Assembly (NCBI GenBank): GCA_964016885.1
Contig: OZ024748.1
Span: 38,812,001-38,876,000, forward strand
From: Eledone cirrhosa
Lineage: Eukaryota
Direction: 5' to 3'
DNA: 64,000 nt
Made by a program: the position numbers and the translations under genes. Below are positions 31,702 to 45,537 of this stretch, piece by piece; position 1 is the first letter of the stretch, and each line of letters starts with the position of its first letter. The notes beneath the pieces are model-generated. The model was given only the letters and a program-made list of their open reading frames with translations. It was not told the origin of the DNA and ran no database searches.

Positions 31702-31826
31702 CAATAAATTCCATTCGTCACAACACTGAATCCCTTTTTTTCTGTGATATCATACTCCTCTCTATGAGAGCATCGAATGCTCAAACGGCCTACCGCATAC
31801 GGACGCTTTAAGCATCCAACACCAAT

Positions 31827-31861
<35 letters not shown>

Positions 31862-32212
31862 AGATCCCCGGTTAAATCGGGGATAACCACAGTAAGTAAG
31901 GTACTCAATACATAGCAGAGTAAAAGTAATTTAATATAGAAATGTCTTCTACAGGACTAGAACTGTTTCATTCGGAGGAAATCATCATATATATATATAA
32001 TTTAGAAGTTTATATACATAAACTAGACAGAGCCATAGATATAGATATATATATGTGTGTGTGTTTTTGGCAACCATTCATGGTTTGGCTCAATGACGAA
32101 TTAATTAATTAAATAATAGCCTCGTTTAAATGATTTTTTGTATGGTTGATTATGCTGATTGGGAGAAGAAATGCTGTATATATTTTATCTAATGATTCTA
32201 TGGACTTACTTT

Positions 32213-32249
<37 letters not shown>

Positions 32250-32297
32250 TATGAAAGTAAAACAAAGAAGCCTTCAATACATCAAAAGTCTTTATTA

Positions 32298-32335
32298 GCC
32301 AACAATGTTTCGTCCTATTAAGGACTCATCAGGGC
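32298..32335 (-). ncRNA. Type I minimal hammerhead ribozyme in a non-coding PLE-like remnant (about 32248-32990)
   Basis: Minus strand: GCC-CTGATGA-GTCC-TTAATA-GGAC-GAAAC-ATT-GTT-GGC. The element end at 32248-32287 is inverted at about 32847-32886. Confidence 0.82.
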
Positions 32336-32984
32336 AATTAAAACAACAAGAAGTATTATCGGCCAATACAAGCCGAAAACTCTGAAGAATATGGAGTGTA
32401 CATACACTAAAGTATTGCAAGATTATGGGTAAAAATATATAATAAAAATCACTAAGGAGGTGTATAACATTTAGAACCATATTACAAATATAGTCCAAAG
32501 CAAAAAAACCTAGAGCTAAACAAAGGTGGTTATATAGAGCGGGAATGATATATAATACTATATAATATAATATAATATACTTGTAACAATATTAAAATTA
32601 CAATAAAAATTAAAAGGTACAATATACATATGTATATATGTACGCACACGTACGCACATATACACATACATCAATACACATATCCATCTTCAACAGCACA
32701 AATTAAACCTTATTAAGAGTTTAAATATAAATAAGCAAGATAGGAATAAAAATAATAATAATCATAATAATACGTATATCTAATATACATGATATTAGAT
32801 ATAATATGATATGATTATAAGTAGCACATATAATATAATAATAAATTTTTGATGTATTGAAGGCTTCTTTGTTTTACTTTCATAATTCTTCGGCTCTGTT
32901 TAATTACATTGAGCTATACCTTTTACTGTCATTTCTATAATACGAAGAGGGTGTTTAACTCCAACACGCTCCAGTATTTTAATC

Positions 32985-33033
<49 letters not shown>

Positions 33034-33418
33034 TTGAATATATATCTCTTTATAAAACTTATTTTTTAGTTTTAATAATATTTTAAACCTTGTGTATGTA
33101 TGTGTGTGTTTGTGCTTGTGTGTGTTTGTGTGTGTTTGTGTATGTTTGTGTGTGTGTGTGTTTGTGTATGTGTGCGTTTGTGTCTCCGCACATCAACGTG
33201 TGCGGTTAACCAGCTTCTGTATGTCGTCTGTTAACCTGTCAATCTGGATTCCTATGTAATCCCATTAATAGGTGTTAACCACAAATTACAGGTAAGTCAC
33301 AAGAAATGTTCACCAACGTGTACTTCTTTATTCGGTTTAATATATTCGAGTCCAGGTACAATTGTTTATATGCCTCGTATGGAGGTATATATATTACATG
33401 TGTGTGTGTGTGTGTAGA

Positions 33419-33472
<54 letters not shown>

Positions 33473-34158
33473 ATGTCTGTGTATATTACGGTCCGTCTAT
33501 CTGACCTGTTATGTATGTATAATGAAGCTACAGAGTCCATGTGTCCAGAAGGTAAAGGAAAACAAAACAAAACATAAAACACAGAAAAAGACATCAGGAC
33601 AAATACAAACCTTGTAAGATACGTAAGATTAAAAGTCACATTTCCTTTATTTTAATTTTATAACCTTTGACCTTAAAAGAGCCCCAAAATTGTTCGTCAA
33701 CTCCCTTTAGTATATAACACCAATCCTTGCCTCATTCTAACAACTCCAAACATAACAGCAACATCACCGGCTTTTACAATCACCAGCTCCTCCTAACCGC
33801 CTTATAACACGTCATATCATCATATTTTAAATAAATTCCTTCATCCTGCACCCAACTGTTTCACCCTCACTAGTAGCCTGTTAGTCTTATAACCTTAACA
33901 CTACATCCGTAGATCCCCCCCCCTCACCAGCACCACCGCCACCACCAGTAGCTCCAGCGCCACCTATATAGACTCACTAAAATGTCACATCTTTTCATCT
34001 GCATCACTCAAGTACTAAACGACTCCATTTTGTTTTGTGTTTTTTTTTTGTTTTTTTTTTTTGCATTTTTGTTTTTAGAAATTATATTTGGCTTCATCCT
34101 CATTTCAAATTAATTCATGTGTGTGTATATAAATATACATACATGCTCATACAACTAC

Positions 34159-34240
<82 letters not shown>

Positions 34241-34300
34241 TATAGCAAGTGATATGCTGCTATTCATTCTGCTAAATTTCTTTTTCGATCGTAAGATGCT

Positions 34301-34360
<60 letters not shown>

Positions 34361-34523
34361 TAAGTATGTATACGCACATACATATATGTATACAGACGTA
34401 CAGTACTATGTATATATATATATATATACATACATGCACCTATATATATGTACGTATACATACTTATATTTAAGTATCAGCCGTACTAAGAATGAGAAAT
34501 GAAATTTCATTTCATTCTTTTCC

Positions 34524-34560
<37 letters not shown>

Positions 34561-34960
34561 ATGTGACAATTTATTTCGATAAGGGAGTGTTCAGTGTGGT
34601 TTTATGAGGTTTTAGAGATAGTGTCAAGCAACTGAGATCATGGAACAGTAATACGTTGAACTGTAAATTCTGAAGAGTTTCAAAAGAATACTTCACTTAA
34701 AGAGATATATCTATTGTCATTGGAAGAGCCTGAATCAAATCTTGCTAGAGAAATACTTATGAACTGGTGGCATTTCAACTGGAATGGAATATACTCTATT
34801 ATCTTCAATAATCAAAGAAACCAAAGAAATAACAAAATATATTCCCGTTCACAGAACTACTTCCTCTCTAAATTATCCCCCTTGTTACTTACTCTCTAAT
34901 ACTAAAGAAAATAAACTTTGTACTTTCACTTGTATTTTTTTTTTTATCTATTATTACTAG

Positions 34961-35527
34961 AATGTGGAGGCAAGCCAGCGGATGTTTACTTCTTACTGGA
35001 CTCTTCCAGTAGCATATGGCGACCTGATTTTGAGAAAGAAATAAACTTTGTGGAACATGTTATGGATCTTTTCAATACGGAAAACAGTAACACGAAAATT
35101 GCTTTGGTTACCTTCAGTGACAAGGTCCAACCTGTAATGAATCTGGCTTCTTATAACAAAAGTAAAGTGAACGAGATGCTTTCTCGGCCGGAAATCTATT
35201 TGACTGGTGGAGTGACAGACACAGCTGAAGCCATTAAATATGTGAGACAGAACGGTTTCCAAGGGCCACAAGCACGTAAAGGTGTGGCTCAGATCATGAT
35301 CGTCTTGACAGATGGCCAGTCAAAAGATTACGAGAATACGGTACGAGAATCTCGTCTCACTCACCAGGCTGGTATCTATGTGTTCGCTATAGGTATCGGA
35401 AAGGACGCTGATTACAAAGAACTGAAGCAAATCGCCAGTGACCCGGATATAAACTTCGTCTTCCGTGTCGATGTCTTTGATGCACTGGAATCGATAAAAG
35501 ATATTTTGGTGTTCAAAACTTGTGAGG
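34961..35527 (+). CDS. VWA-domain exon 2
   Basis: TTATTACTAG acceptor, GAGG|GTGAGT donor, 567 nt, phase 1/1. Motifs DVYFLLDSSSS, GGVTDT, VLTDGQS, VFAIGIG, with flanking Cys. Confidence 0.93.
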
Positions 35528-36694
35528 GTGAGTTTTCAAAGATATACTTATTGCCAGAGAAAAGCGACTCGCTCTCTCTCTCTCTCTCTCTCCCTCTTGC
35601 TACACGCTTACCATGTCATAAAGGAGACAGACAGAGAAGACAGATAGATATATAGATAGATAAGTATATACAGTGGTATATAGATAAACAAGTATATACA
35701 TATATAGATAAACAGTTAGAGACGTTGATAAACAAATAGATAGATAGATATGTACATAAGTTCATGGGTTGATATTTGAAGCAATCAGTGGTGTATCTCA
35801 GCAGAGAATTCGAAATATTCTTGACCTGACAGCATTGGAGGAAATTTCTCCTGAAAATTTTCCAAATGTCAGAATCCTCTAGGTTGGACGTCACAAATTC
35901 ATAGTGTTCCGTTCTAACGGTAGCCGAAATGTTATAACTATAGACATGAGCTTGTTAACTCTCATATTACAGTTTAGCCATTTTCTTTGATCAGCAAGAT
36001 TTTCTACCACGTGACATGGGTTGACAAGTGAAGATATGTTTAAATATTACTCAACATCTGTCACGAAACATCATCTTATCGATCACAATTTCTTGAGAAA
36101 CTCCTCCTAGTTGCAATGGAGTGAATCTCCAGTTGTTATCATATATATATATATATATATATATGTGTGGGAGGGAGGGTGAGGGATGTATGTGTGCCTA
36201 TGTGTACATATGTGCCTATGTATATATACCTATGTATATGTGAGCATATGTGTGTAGAGAAAGAGAGAGTGAGAGAGAGAGAGAAAGAGAGTAATAGAGA
36301 GCCAGTAGACACAACATGAGAGCTAAGTATACAGATATATAGGGAGATAGATATTAGGCGTTCCAACGTGATTCGCCGAACTTTGTTACTTTGGTTGGAA
36401 CTTCCTCTTATTATTCTTTATTTCTGCTTCGATCTTCAACTTCCATATATGGGCATTGCCTACAGTACATACGGATCAATGGTATTTGGTCATCAACCAA
36501 ATATATGTCACTTCTGCTTCATAAATCCATCTTGTATTGATTATTGCTTCAAATACTCTTATTGGTTGATTTACCTTGCACACACACACACACACACATA
36601 TACACACAGACACTCGCACACACACACACACACACAGACTCACACACTCGCACACACACTCACACACTCGCACACGCACACGCGCGCGCGCGCG

Positions 36695-36756
<62 letters not shown>

Positions 36757-36951
36757 CGCACACACACACTCGCACACACACACACACTCGCACACACATA
36801 CACACATATACAAGTACATACGTATACATATACACATACATAGATATATAGACACACACACACACACACCAACTATTTCGTACATACATACACTTACATA
36901 CATATACAAGTACATACGTATACATAAACATATATATATACACATACATAG

Positions 36952-37023
<72 letters not shown>

Positions 37024-37183
37024 GTATATATATATTAATAGTTTTACTTACCATTGGTTTCATAGACAGGCGTGTTCACTTCTATGAAATCGAAGGTAAT
37101 ACAGGAATGTCCGACAGTGAATACATATATTTATCTGCCACACTATTTTGCTTGCTCTTTTCATTCGTTTACACGTGAACCTG

Positions 37184-37252
<69 letters not shown>

Positions 37253-37326
37253 CACCACTGTTTTTTGCATGTCAGTCACTTATTTGCACAAGCATAAGAT
37301 AACTAACAAATATTCCTTTCTCTCTC

Positions 37327-37389
<63 letters not shown>

Positions 37390-37605
37390 CATATATTCCG
37401 TAGGTACCTTTACCATTTTCCAGTCCTAATTTGCATGAAATAGCTTCTACAGCCACTGCTAATGTGACTTATATTTACATATGCATGTATGTGCACGCCT
37501 ATTTACTGACATAAAATAATTATCTTTTATGCATGCATTTATAGGGTGTCCCCAAAAAATGTATACACACTTTTATTAGAATGCTGTGGAGTGTATATAC
37601 ATACA

Positions 37606-37636
<31 letters not shown>

Positions 37637-37657
37637 GTATATATATATATATATATA

Positions 37658-37850
37658 TAGGAACGAGTAGGACCCCGACGGCTGAGCTCAAGCCGTTTCG
37701 ACGGCTAATTCTGAGTCCAGAATTAGCCGTCGAAACGGCTTGAGCTCAGCCATCGGGGTCCTACTCGTTCCTATTACCCACTCTACTACCCTAAGTATTG
37801 AGTACTTTGGTGCGTTATGGTCCACTTGGTTCCTTACCACATTTCCTTCG

Positions 37851-37852
<2 letters not shown>
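37658..37852 (+). mobile_element. F1 fold-back mini-element, copy 3
   Basis: Same structure, with arm variant GAACGAGTAG/CTACTCGTTC. Confidence 0.8.
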
Positions 37853-37919
<67 letters not shown>

Positions 37920-38023
37920 TAAAAGGAATTCCAACTTTGTCTGATTAACTCGTTTTATTTACAATCCTTTAAAATTATAATGATATTATAATGAAATAGT
38001 ATGGTAGAATATTAGATGTTAAT

Positions 38024-38062
38024 TGAACAAGTACTTTCATGCTTTCGCAATCTTCAGGTTCA
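38024..38062 (-). ncRNA. Type I minimal hammerhead ribozyme (3' pLTR)
   Basis: Minus strand: TGAAC-CTGAAGA-T-TGC-GAAA-GCA-T-GAAA-GTAC-TT-GTTCA. Confidence 0.75.
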
Positions 38063-38959
38063 TATTCAATGTTGACAGTCAAGTTTGCAATTTTCGACTG
38101 TAATGAGATGGCTAAAAGTTGTGCCTTATATACAATAAAAAGGGGCTACAGAATGCTAAGTTTTGCAAACTGTATTTCGACCAATCGGTGTGTGGTTTCA
38201 TTAGATTACTAAAGCTGATTGGTTTAGGCGTCACGGTTGGTTGAGCATGTCTAACGACTTCTATTTGACCCTATCCAAAGCATTAATTGTTTTGCTATTT
38301 TTAGAAATGATGAAAATAGCATTTTCTAGGGTTTTTATAAAAAATCTTCAGTAATCATCACTATCAACATCACTTTTATTATTATTATTGTTGTTGTTGT
38401 TAGTGGTGGTAGTCGACATGGTCGTAGTCATAGTAGAAGTAATACCCCTAAACATTATTATTGTTCATTTAACTTGGGTTGGAATCTATCAATAAAATTA
38501 TTTTCTTTGATTTTTCTTTTGATTTCACTTGGGCTGTGTAATTTGTAGAATGGAAATATTATAAACATTTTCTGACCACATGTTGCTAGATGGTTACTCA
38601 GTCGTATCTGGCGGACTTTTGGGTCTCTGATTTGCTATCGATGCACCCGTGCACGTTCCGATAGTGCATCTCCAGACCGACATATAGTTCTTCACAATTC
38701 GGGCATTTAATGCAGTAAATTATAATTCTGCTTTTGCAGTTCATATTTGCATTTGGGAATATTTTTCCAGTTTTTGTGTTCATATATTGACCAGTATCTA
38801 TGAACTGACATGTGCCACATCGACTATCATTGCATTTAGATACAGTGAGTGATTGGTCTTTGTTGTTATTCTGTAGCCCCTTTTTACTGTATATAAGGCA
38901 CACATTTTAGCCATCTCATTACAGTCGAAAATTGCAAACTTGACTGTCACCACAGAATA

Positions 38960-38998
38960 TGAACCTGAAGATTGCGAAAGCATGAAAGTACTTGTTCA
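38960..38998 (+). ncRNA. Type I minimal hammerhead ribozyme (inverted pLTR copy)
   Basis: TGAAC-CTGAAGA-TTGCGAAAGCAT-GAAA-GTAC-TT-GTTCA. Palindromic stem III (AGTACT). Confidence 0.75.
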
Positions 38999-39150
38999 AT
39001 TAACATTTAATATTCTACCATACTATTTCATTATAATATCATTATAATTTTAAAGGATTGTAAATAAAATGAGTTAATCAGACAAAGTTGGAATTCCTTT
39101 TATTAATATAATCTTCTATACACAATCATACACACCCGTGTATATTTATT

Positions 39151-39225
<75 letters not shown>

Positions 39226-39497
39226 GTATATATTTATAGGGTGGTACAAATGTCGAGCACCAGTAAAATAATACTTTGCCATAATTGATTGTTGTCTTTC
39301 TTATATGAACGGTTTTTCTCGTGATTATGGCGGTGCATGACTTTTGCGCCACACTGTATATATTAAAAGTCTCCCTCAAAATGGAGGCGGTAAAAACCAG
39401 TTGGAACATCAGAGTGCTCGATACTTGGGTTGGGGTAGTAGAGTGGGTAATATGAAAAATTCGGGACCCCTAATTTTTCATATAATATATATATATA

Positions 39498-39690
39498 TAG
39501 GAAAAAGTATGACCCCGACGACAGAGCCCAAGCCGTTTCGACGGCTATTTCTGGACTGAAATACCCGTCGAAACGGCTTGAGCTCTGCCGTCGGGGTCAT
39601 ACTTTTTCCTATTTTCCACTCTACTACCTTAAGTATTGAGTACTCTGGTGCGTTATGGTCCATCTGGTTCCTTACCACAATTCCTTTGTT
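39498..39690 (+). mobile_element. F1 fold-back mini-element, copy 4
   Basis: Arm variant GAAAAAGTAT/ATACTTTTTC. A further inverted fragment lies at about 39410-39470. Confidence 0.8.
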
Positions 39691-40252
39691 ATATATATAT
39701 ATATATATATATATATGCAGTGGCGGACTGGGCAGGTTGCCCAATGGCAAGTGGGCCCCTGAGGGCCCACATAGCATTGCAAGGCCCACTATAGTATTTT
39801 AGAGGACAATGCTTAGCTTTCAAAAAGTACCTGAAGTCTAAGAGAAAGAATAAACATTTTTTTTTAAATAAATAAAACAACTAAGCAAAACATTTGGTCA
39901 ACGACATCACATAATTTTGTTTTGAAAATTTTAAAAGTAGGTTTATAAGTATGAATTTTCACAAGATTGTCGTAGTTGTCTCAGTGGCCTAGCGGTAGGT
40001 ACTAGAGACGGTGGAGATCCCGGTCTTGGGTTCAATCCTGGTCAAGAGGTACTTGTAATGTCTTTCAGTTTTTATTTTACATCCCATAGAAAAAAAAACT
40101 TAAAAGGTTTACTGGGAACCCTACTCCCGACCAGGATAACCACCGTCTATGATTCTTCCAGCTAGGCCACCGGACAGTTGCAAAAGTATAATGTATATAT
40201 ATATATATATATATGTGAAGTAATTCCGTCGAAAAAGTAGACGCCAGGATTT

Positions 40253-40313
40253 TTTGATTCTGATGATTGAAAGCAAATTTTTTTTGCTCTTAAGAAACCA
40301 CTGGTAAATGAAA
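40253..40313 (+). ncRNA. Type I hammerhead ribozyme; a second direct copy at about 40508-40570 has a mutated cleavage triplet (GCA)
   Basis: ATT-CTGATGA-TTGAAAGCAAA...TTTGCTCTTAA-GAAA-CC-ACT-GG-TA-AAT. One mismatch in stem I. Confidence 0.7.
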
Positions 40314-40338
40314 TAATTGCCTTATGTTGTTTATTACA

Positions 40339-40395
<57 letters not shown>

Positions 40396-40595
40396 GAAGT
40401 AATTCCGTCGGAAAAGTCCAGGAAAAAAGAGTGCTCTATGTAGGTAACAGAGCTTAATAGTTATGTAATAAACAACATTAGGCAATTATTCCTGGAGACC
40501 AGGATTTTTTCATTCTGAGGATTGAAAGCAAAATCTTTTGCTTTTAAGAAACCACCACTGGCAAATGGAATAATTGCCTTATGTTGTTTATTACA

Positions 40596-40649
<54 letters not shown>

Positions 40650-40773
40650 TCTCTCTCTGTATACATATATATATATATGTATATATATATTGTTGTGTGA
40701 GTGTGTGTGTTGAAAGGTAAATAAAAGATATACTCTATACCTTTTGTCTCTGCAGGTCAACATGAATCAGCAG

Positions 40774-40819
<46 letters not shown>

Positions 40820-41612
40820 ACACATTCTATTTAGAAATTCACTTCCTCCCGCCACCTTTTCTCCCACCTCTCCTCCCTGACCCCTCTCCCTCTCGTTATA
40901 GTACTATCAATGTTATATCTTTCTATATTTTACACCTCTACCACCACCCTCCATCACCCCCCCCCCCCCCATCCATCACTCCCTCCATTCTTCCTTTTCC
41001 CTCTTCTTTTTCCTCTTCAATTTTCCTTTTCTTTTCCTTTCGCTTTTTCTTTTTTCCAACTTTTTCTTTTCTTCTTCCCCTTCTCCTCCCCCACCCTCAC
41101 GTCCCACCCGTCACCTCCCCCCGTCACCTCACCGCGTCGCCTCCACCCGTCACCCCACCTATTGCACCATAACATGTTCAGCTAAAGGTATACAGTGTTG
41201 ATATATATCCAACATAAACATCATACCAACCTTACAACGACACAGTCTAACAACTCAGTACTATACTGCGCTGCAGTTTAATTATTATAGCAACATTGCA
41301 AATGGCGGTATTTATTAATAAGCGGTGCTGAGTGAAATTTGCTGAGCGCCATGTTTTTAATAGCGTTTGCTCTCGTTTTATGAGAATATGTGCATGTATG
41401 TGTGATGTGTGTGTGTGTATATACACATAACACATGTAGGCCTGTACTTTATATATATGTGTGTGTGTGTGTGTATGTGTGTGTGTGTGCGTGCGTGCGT
41501 GCGTGTATGTCGATGTATATATATATATATATATATATAATATGTGTGTGTGTGTTTATGTATGGATATATATATATATATGTATGTATGCATATATATA
41601 TGTGTATGTATA

Positions 41613-41649
<37 letters not shown>

Positions 41650-41716
41650 GTATATATATATATGTATATATATATATATGTATGTATATATATATGTATG
41701 TATGTATATATATATG

Positions 41717-41773
<57 letters not shown>

Positions 41774-41774
41774 G

Positions 41775-41842
<68 letters not shown>

Positions 41843-42014
41843 TGTTCATGCAGGTGTTTATGTGTTTCCTCATCTATTTACGACTAGACAACTATCAGCA
41901 GAGATCTGGCGATTGTATCTTATATATATCAGACATTACCGCACTCAACATCTACTCCTACACTCGACTATCTTTGTCTGTGTAATAAATACATACCATA
42001 TGTCATACTTATAT

Positions 42015-42109
<95 letters not shown>

Positions 42110-42111
<2 letters not shown>

Positions 42112-42312
42112 ACGAAGGAGGTGTGGTTAGGAACCAGATGGACCATAACGCACCAGAGTACTCAATACTTAGGGTAGTAGAGTGGGCAATAGGAAACTGT
42201 TTGACCCCCGACGGCAGAGCTCAACCCGTTTCGACGGCTATTTCTGGACTCAATCCAGAAATAGCCATCAAAACGGCTTGAGCTCTGCCGTCGGGGGTCA
42301 AACAGTTTCCCA
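42110..42312 (-). mobile_element. F1 fold-back mini-element, copy 5
   Basis: Arm variant GAAACTGTTT/AAACAGTTTC. Confidence 0.8.
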
Positions 42313-42376
42313 TATATATATATATATATATATATATTTTTAATTTACATATATATATATGTAATATATATAATAT

Positions 42377-42446
<70 letters not shown>

Positions 42447-43144
42447 GTATGTATATATATATATCTATGTGTGCGTGTGTTTATGTATATATGTGTGTAT
42501 ATATGTGTGTATGTACATGCATGTGTGTATATATGTGTATATATAGATATTCTTGTATGTATATGTGTATGTGTATATTTATATACATAATAATGTTCAT
42601 CCAATATAAAACGCTGTATATATATATATATGAATTGTATAAACATATACATCCATAATTGTATAAAATTCTACACACCTGTCTGTATAAAAATATATAT
42701 CTTTACAGTACCATCAGGTGATATGATGACCAGCAAGAGAAAGTTGTAGACACGTTAGAGTTGTCATAAAGTTGACATGAACTATATACAGGTGTGGAGA
42801 GACATATATCTTAGACATTAGAAGGGACAGAGATGAGTTACCTTCGATGGTCGGATGACTCAGGAAGAAGAAGATATATACGGTGGAATATTACAGGCTT
42901 ATCTTACATATAAAGTCTTTCACGTCTCGTATATACTATACGAAGTTTATATCACATATATCCACTAGAAACATGATATACATATAATATATATGTATTT
43001 ATTTTCGTATATCACCTTATCATCTTCATTTGGTGTTATTTCCTCTAAGCTATTTTTTCCATATGATATATTATTGCTCAGAAAATCTCACTAAAACATT
43101 ACACCAAGAAATTTTCTTATGTTTGCAAATTTTATTTCTACCCT

Positions 43145-43270
<126 letters not shown>

Positions 43271-43558
43271 TGTGTGTGTGTGTGTGTGCGTGCGTGCGTG
43301 TGAGCGTGTGTGTGTGTGTAAGTATGTATCTGACCTGCCAAGCTCTAAAAATCCAAACGGGGAGAAATGATACAAAACGGGGAGATTTTATATAATGAAA
43401 TATATAAAAAGTTTAAGTGATTTGATGATACATGTTAAAGGTCAATATGATTTTATAGTCCACAGCAAAATATGTAAACAGTTCAGAGTTTAATCCAATG
43501 GGTTAATTTCCAATCACAGTAGTGAAACGAAACATTAAACAAGGTCTATTATTATTAT

Positions 43559-43708
43559 ACAGCATAGTTACGCCCCTTTACGATCTGAGTTCATATCCCG
43601 CCGAGGTTGACGTTGCCTTTCATCCTTACGGGGTCGATAAAATAAAGTACCAGTAATGCACTGGGTAATTGCTGGCCTTGTGCCTAAAAGTAGAAACAAT
43701 TATTATTA
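43559..43708 (+). mobile_element. Nin/Deu-type SINE (5'-truncated)
   Basis: B box, core and tail. Confidence 0.85.
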
Positions 43709-43940
43709 TAGAATTTAATGAATTTACGACCGTTTCGTTAGATTTACAAGAATACTCCATTCCTTTAAGAATAACTCCTCAGAATCGATCAAATACAAAT
43801 AAATACCCTTTTACCCAACGAAGTACAATTTCTTTACTCTTTCATTCTTAAATAATGTATATGTGTGAAATATGAAGAAAAGCAAATATTTACTTTCTCG
43901 TCTACAATATGTAACAAAAGTCTTTGTCTTCTCATTGCAG

Positions 43941-43973
43941 TTGCTGTAGATATACCAATGCGAAATCCTCCAG
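43941..43973 (+). CDS. 33-nt linker micro-exon (VAVDIPMRNPP) of the VWA gene
   Basis: TCTTTGTCTTCTCATTGCAG acceptor and CAG|GTAAGA donor. Phase 1/1, stop-free, joins VWA2 to VWA3 in frame. Confidence 0.78.
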
Positions 43974-44104
43974 GTAAGATTCCTTTACATAGCTTTTCAA
44001 ATATATATATATATTAGGGAAGTCGTCGACTTTATTCAAGTGAACCCCGGCCCTAGCTCACACTCTCCATGCAATAACAAGTGTGCCTGCATTGCAGAGC
44101 GAAT

Positions 44105-44140
<36 letters not shown>

Positions 44141-44145
<5 letters not shown>

Positions 44146-44562
44146 TAAATCTTTCGTTGCACATCTGCAACATCGTCAGTGGTGTTATCGTTTCCTCCTG
44201 TTGTATTATATGTCTACGCCATTTTTATTCAGTCTGCCTATATATTTATTTGCTTGTTTGTTTATTTTATTGTGTCTTCTTTGCGCATGCGTTTGCGTGT
44301 GTGTAGTGTTTTGTTTGCTGTGTGATGGGTGACTAGTGTGTGTTTATGTGCTTGTTGTTATTGTGTTTGTGTATGTATTTATTTATTTATTTAAATAAAT
44401 ATATAGACAGACTGAATAAATAAATATATAGACAGACTGAATAAAAATGGCGTAGACATATAATACAACAGGAGGAAACGATAACACCACTGACGATGTT
44501 GCAGATGTGCAACGAAAGATTTATGATAAACTATATATATATGTGTTTGTGTCTATATTGTA

Positions 44563-44567
<5 letters not shown>
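44141..44567 (+). mobile_element. Non-coding PLE-like remnant with inverted termini and a degenerate HHR (44486-44527 plus; 44142-44183 minus)
   Basis: About 44141-44245 is inverted at about 44425-44528. ACCA-CTGACGA-T-GTTGCA-GATG-TGCAAC-GAAA-GATT-TA-TGAT. A family fragment also occurs at about 21940-22010. Confidence 0.65.
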
Positions 44568-44606
<39 letters not shown>

Positions 44607-44660
44607 TTCAAGAAAGAAGAGTGACATGGTTGGCTATACAATAAGGGCTTTATTCACATT

Positions 44661-44767
44661 GCTGACAATTGTTTCTTTGATCTGGTAGGTCTAAAGTCCG
44701 CTAATCGCTTGATGTTGCGTCAATCGATCCCCAATACTTTGTTTATCACCAGTCGTTTCATCAGAGC
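44661..44767 (-). ncRNA. Type I hammerhead ribozyme with long stem II
   Basis: Minus strand: GCT-CTGATGA-[CTGGT...ACCAG]-GAAAC-AATT-GTC-AGC, then AATAAA. The base of stem II is imperfect. Confidence 0.65.
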
Positions 44768-44822
44768 GTGCGGAAGTGAGGAAAATACTCAAAGCATGCC
44801 TATAACGATAACCTGTTATCCC

Positions 44823-44864
<42 letters not shown>

Positions 44865-45181
44865 AATAGATACCTTATAATACGATTAATCTTCCCTGTA
44901 TATATTCCATTAAAGAAATATATTTCACCAATTAATCAGATGGTAAACCACGGAAGTGGAGACTTGGATTTTCAACAAGGAAGAAGTTCCAGCGATCCGT
45001 GTTTACACTTCAAGTTCAAATCAGCGACTGGCCAGCACCACATGATGTATATACTAGAAATACACACATCATACTAGCTTCGTCCCAGTGGCGTGAATAG
45101 GGTAATCGACAACTAGAAACAGCAGTCGAGTCCTTTCAACAGAGTTAGCTCTACAATTAAGGAGCCGTATTTATATAATTT

Positions 45182-45230
<49 letters not shown>

Positions 45231-45537
45231 ATATATATATATAATCATGTATAATACCATTTTTTACTCAATGATGGTTTCAATGTACCAGCGACCATTG
45301 AATGGTTGAACTTAAACGTCTTTTAAATACTTCTATTCCGTCATCTAGGACTGTTCCAAATTACCATCCGGAAGTTTGTTCTACATTTTGCGAGATGTGA
45401 AGTAAATAAGTAGGACTTTACAGCCCAGAGGGTGTGGGTATATGTGTAAAATTAATAGCAATAGCCTTAGTTTTAGTATTTCATACTATGGTATCAATAG
45501 AGCTCTCATTTCCCATATATTCTATTAGTTTATGTGT

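Larger units (their letters stand above)
37914..39110 (-). mobile_element. 5'-truncated, decayed Penelope-like element (Neptune-like GIY-YIG) with an inverted pLTR
   Basis: Minus strand: CNDSRCGTC...MNCKSRIIIYCIKCPNCEELYVG, then a frameshift, then LSERARVHR*QIRD..SNHLATC..IFPFYK..FIDRFQPKLN (about 38460-38870). The segment at about 37914-38173 is inverted at about 38870-39110. Confidence 0.85.

Noticed and set aside
33214-33291. Possible 78-nt Cys-rich exon with a strong CAG|GTAAGT donor
   Set aside because: It has an in-frame TAA in the phase required by the VWA gene and a weak acceptor.
35760-36140. Minus-strand LQLGGVSQEIVIDK, reminiscent of a Merlin/ISXO2 transposase
   Set aside because: The match is short and surrounded by stops, with no TIRs. 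It cannot be supported without a profile search.
39975-40050. tRNA-like A/B boxes (also at about 52305-52365, minus)
   Set aside because: No complete cloverleaf. More likely decayed SINE or TE heads than tRNA genes.
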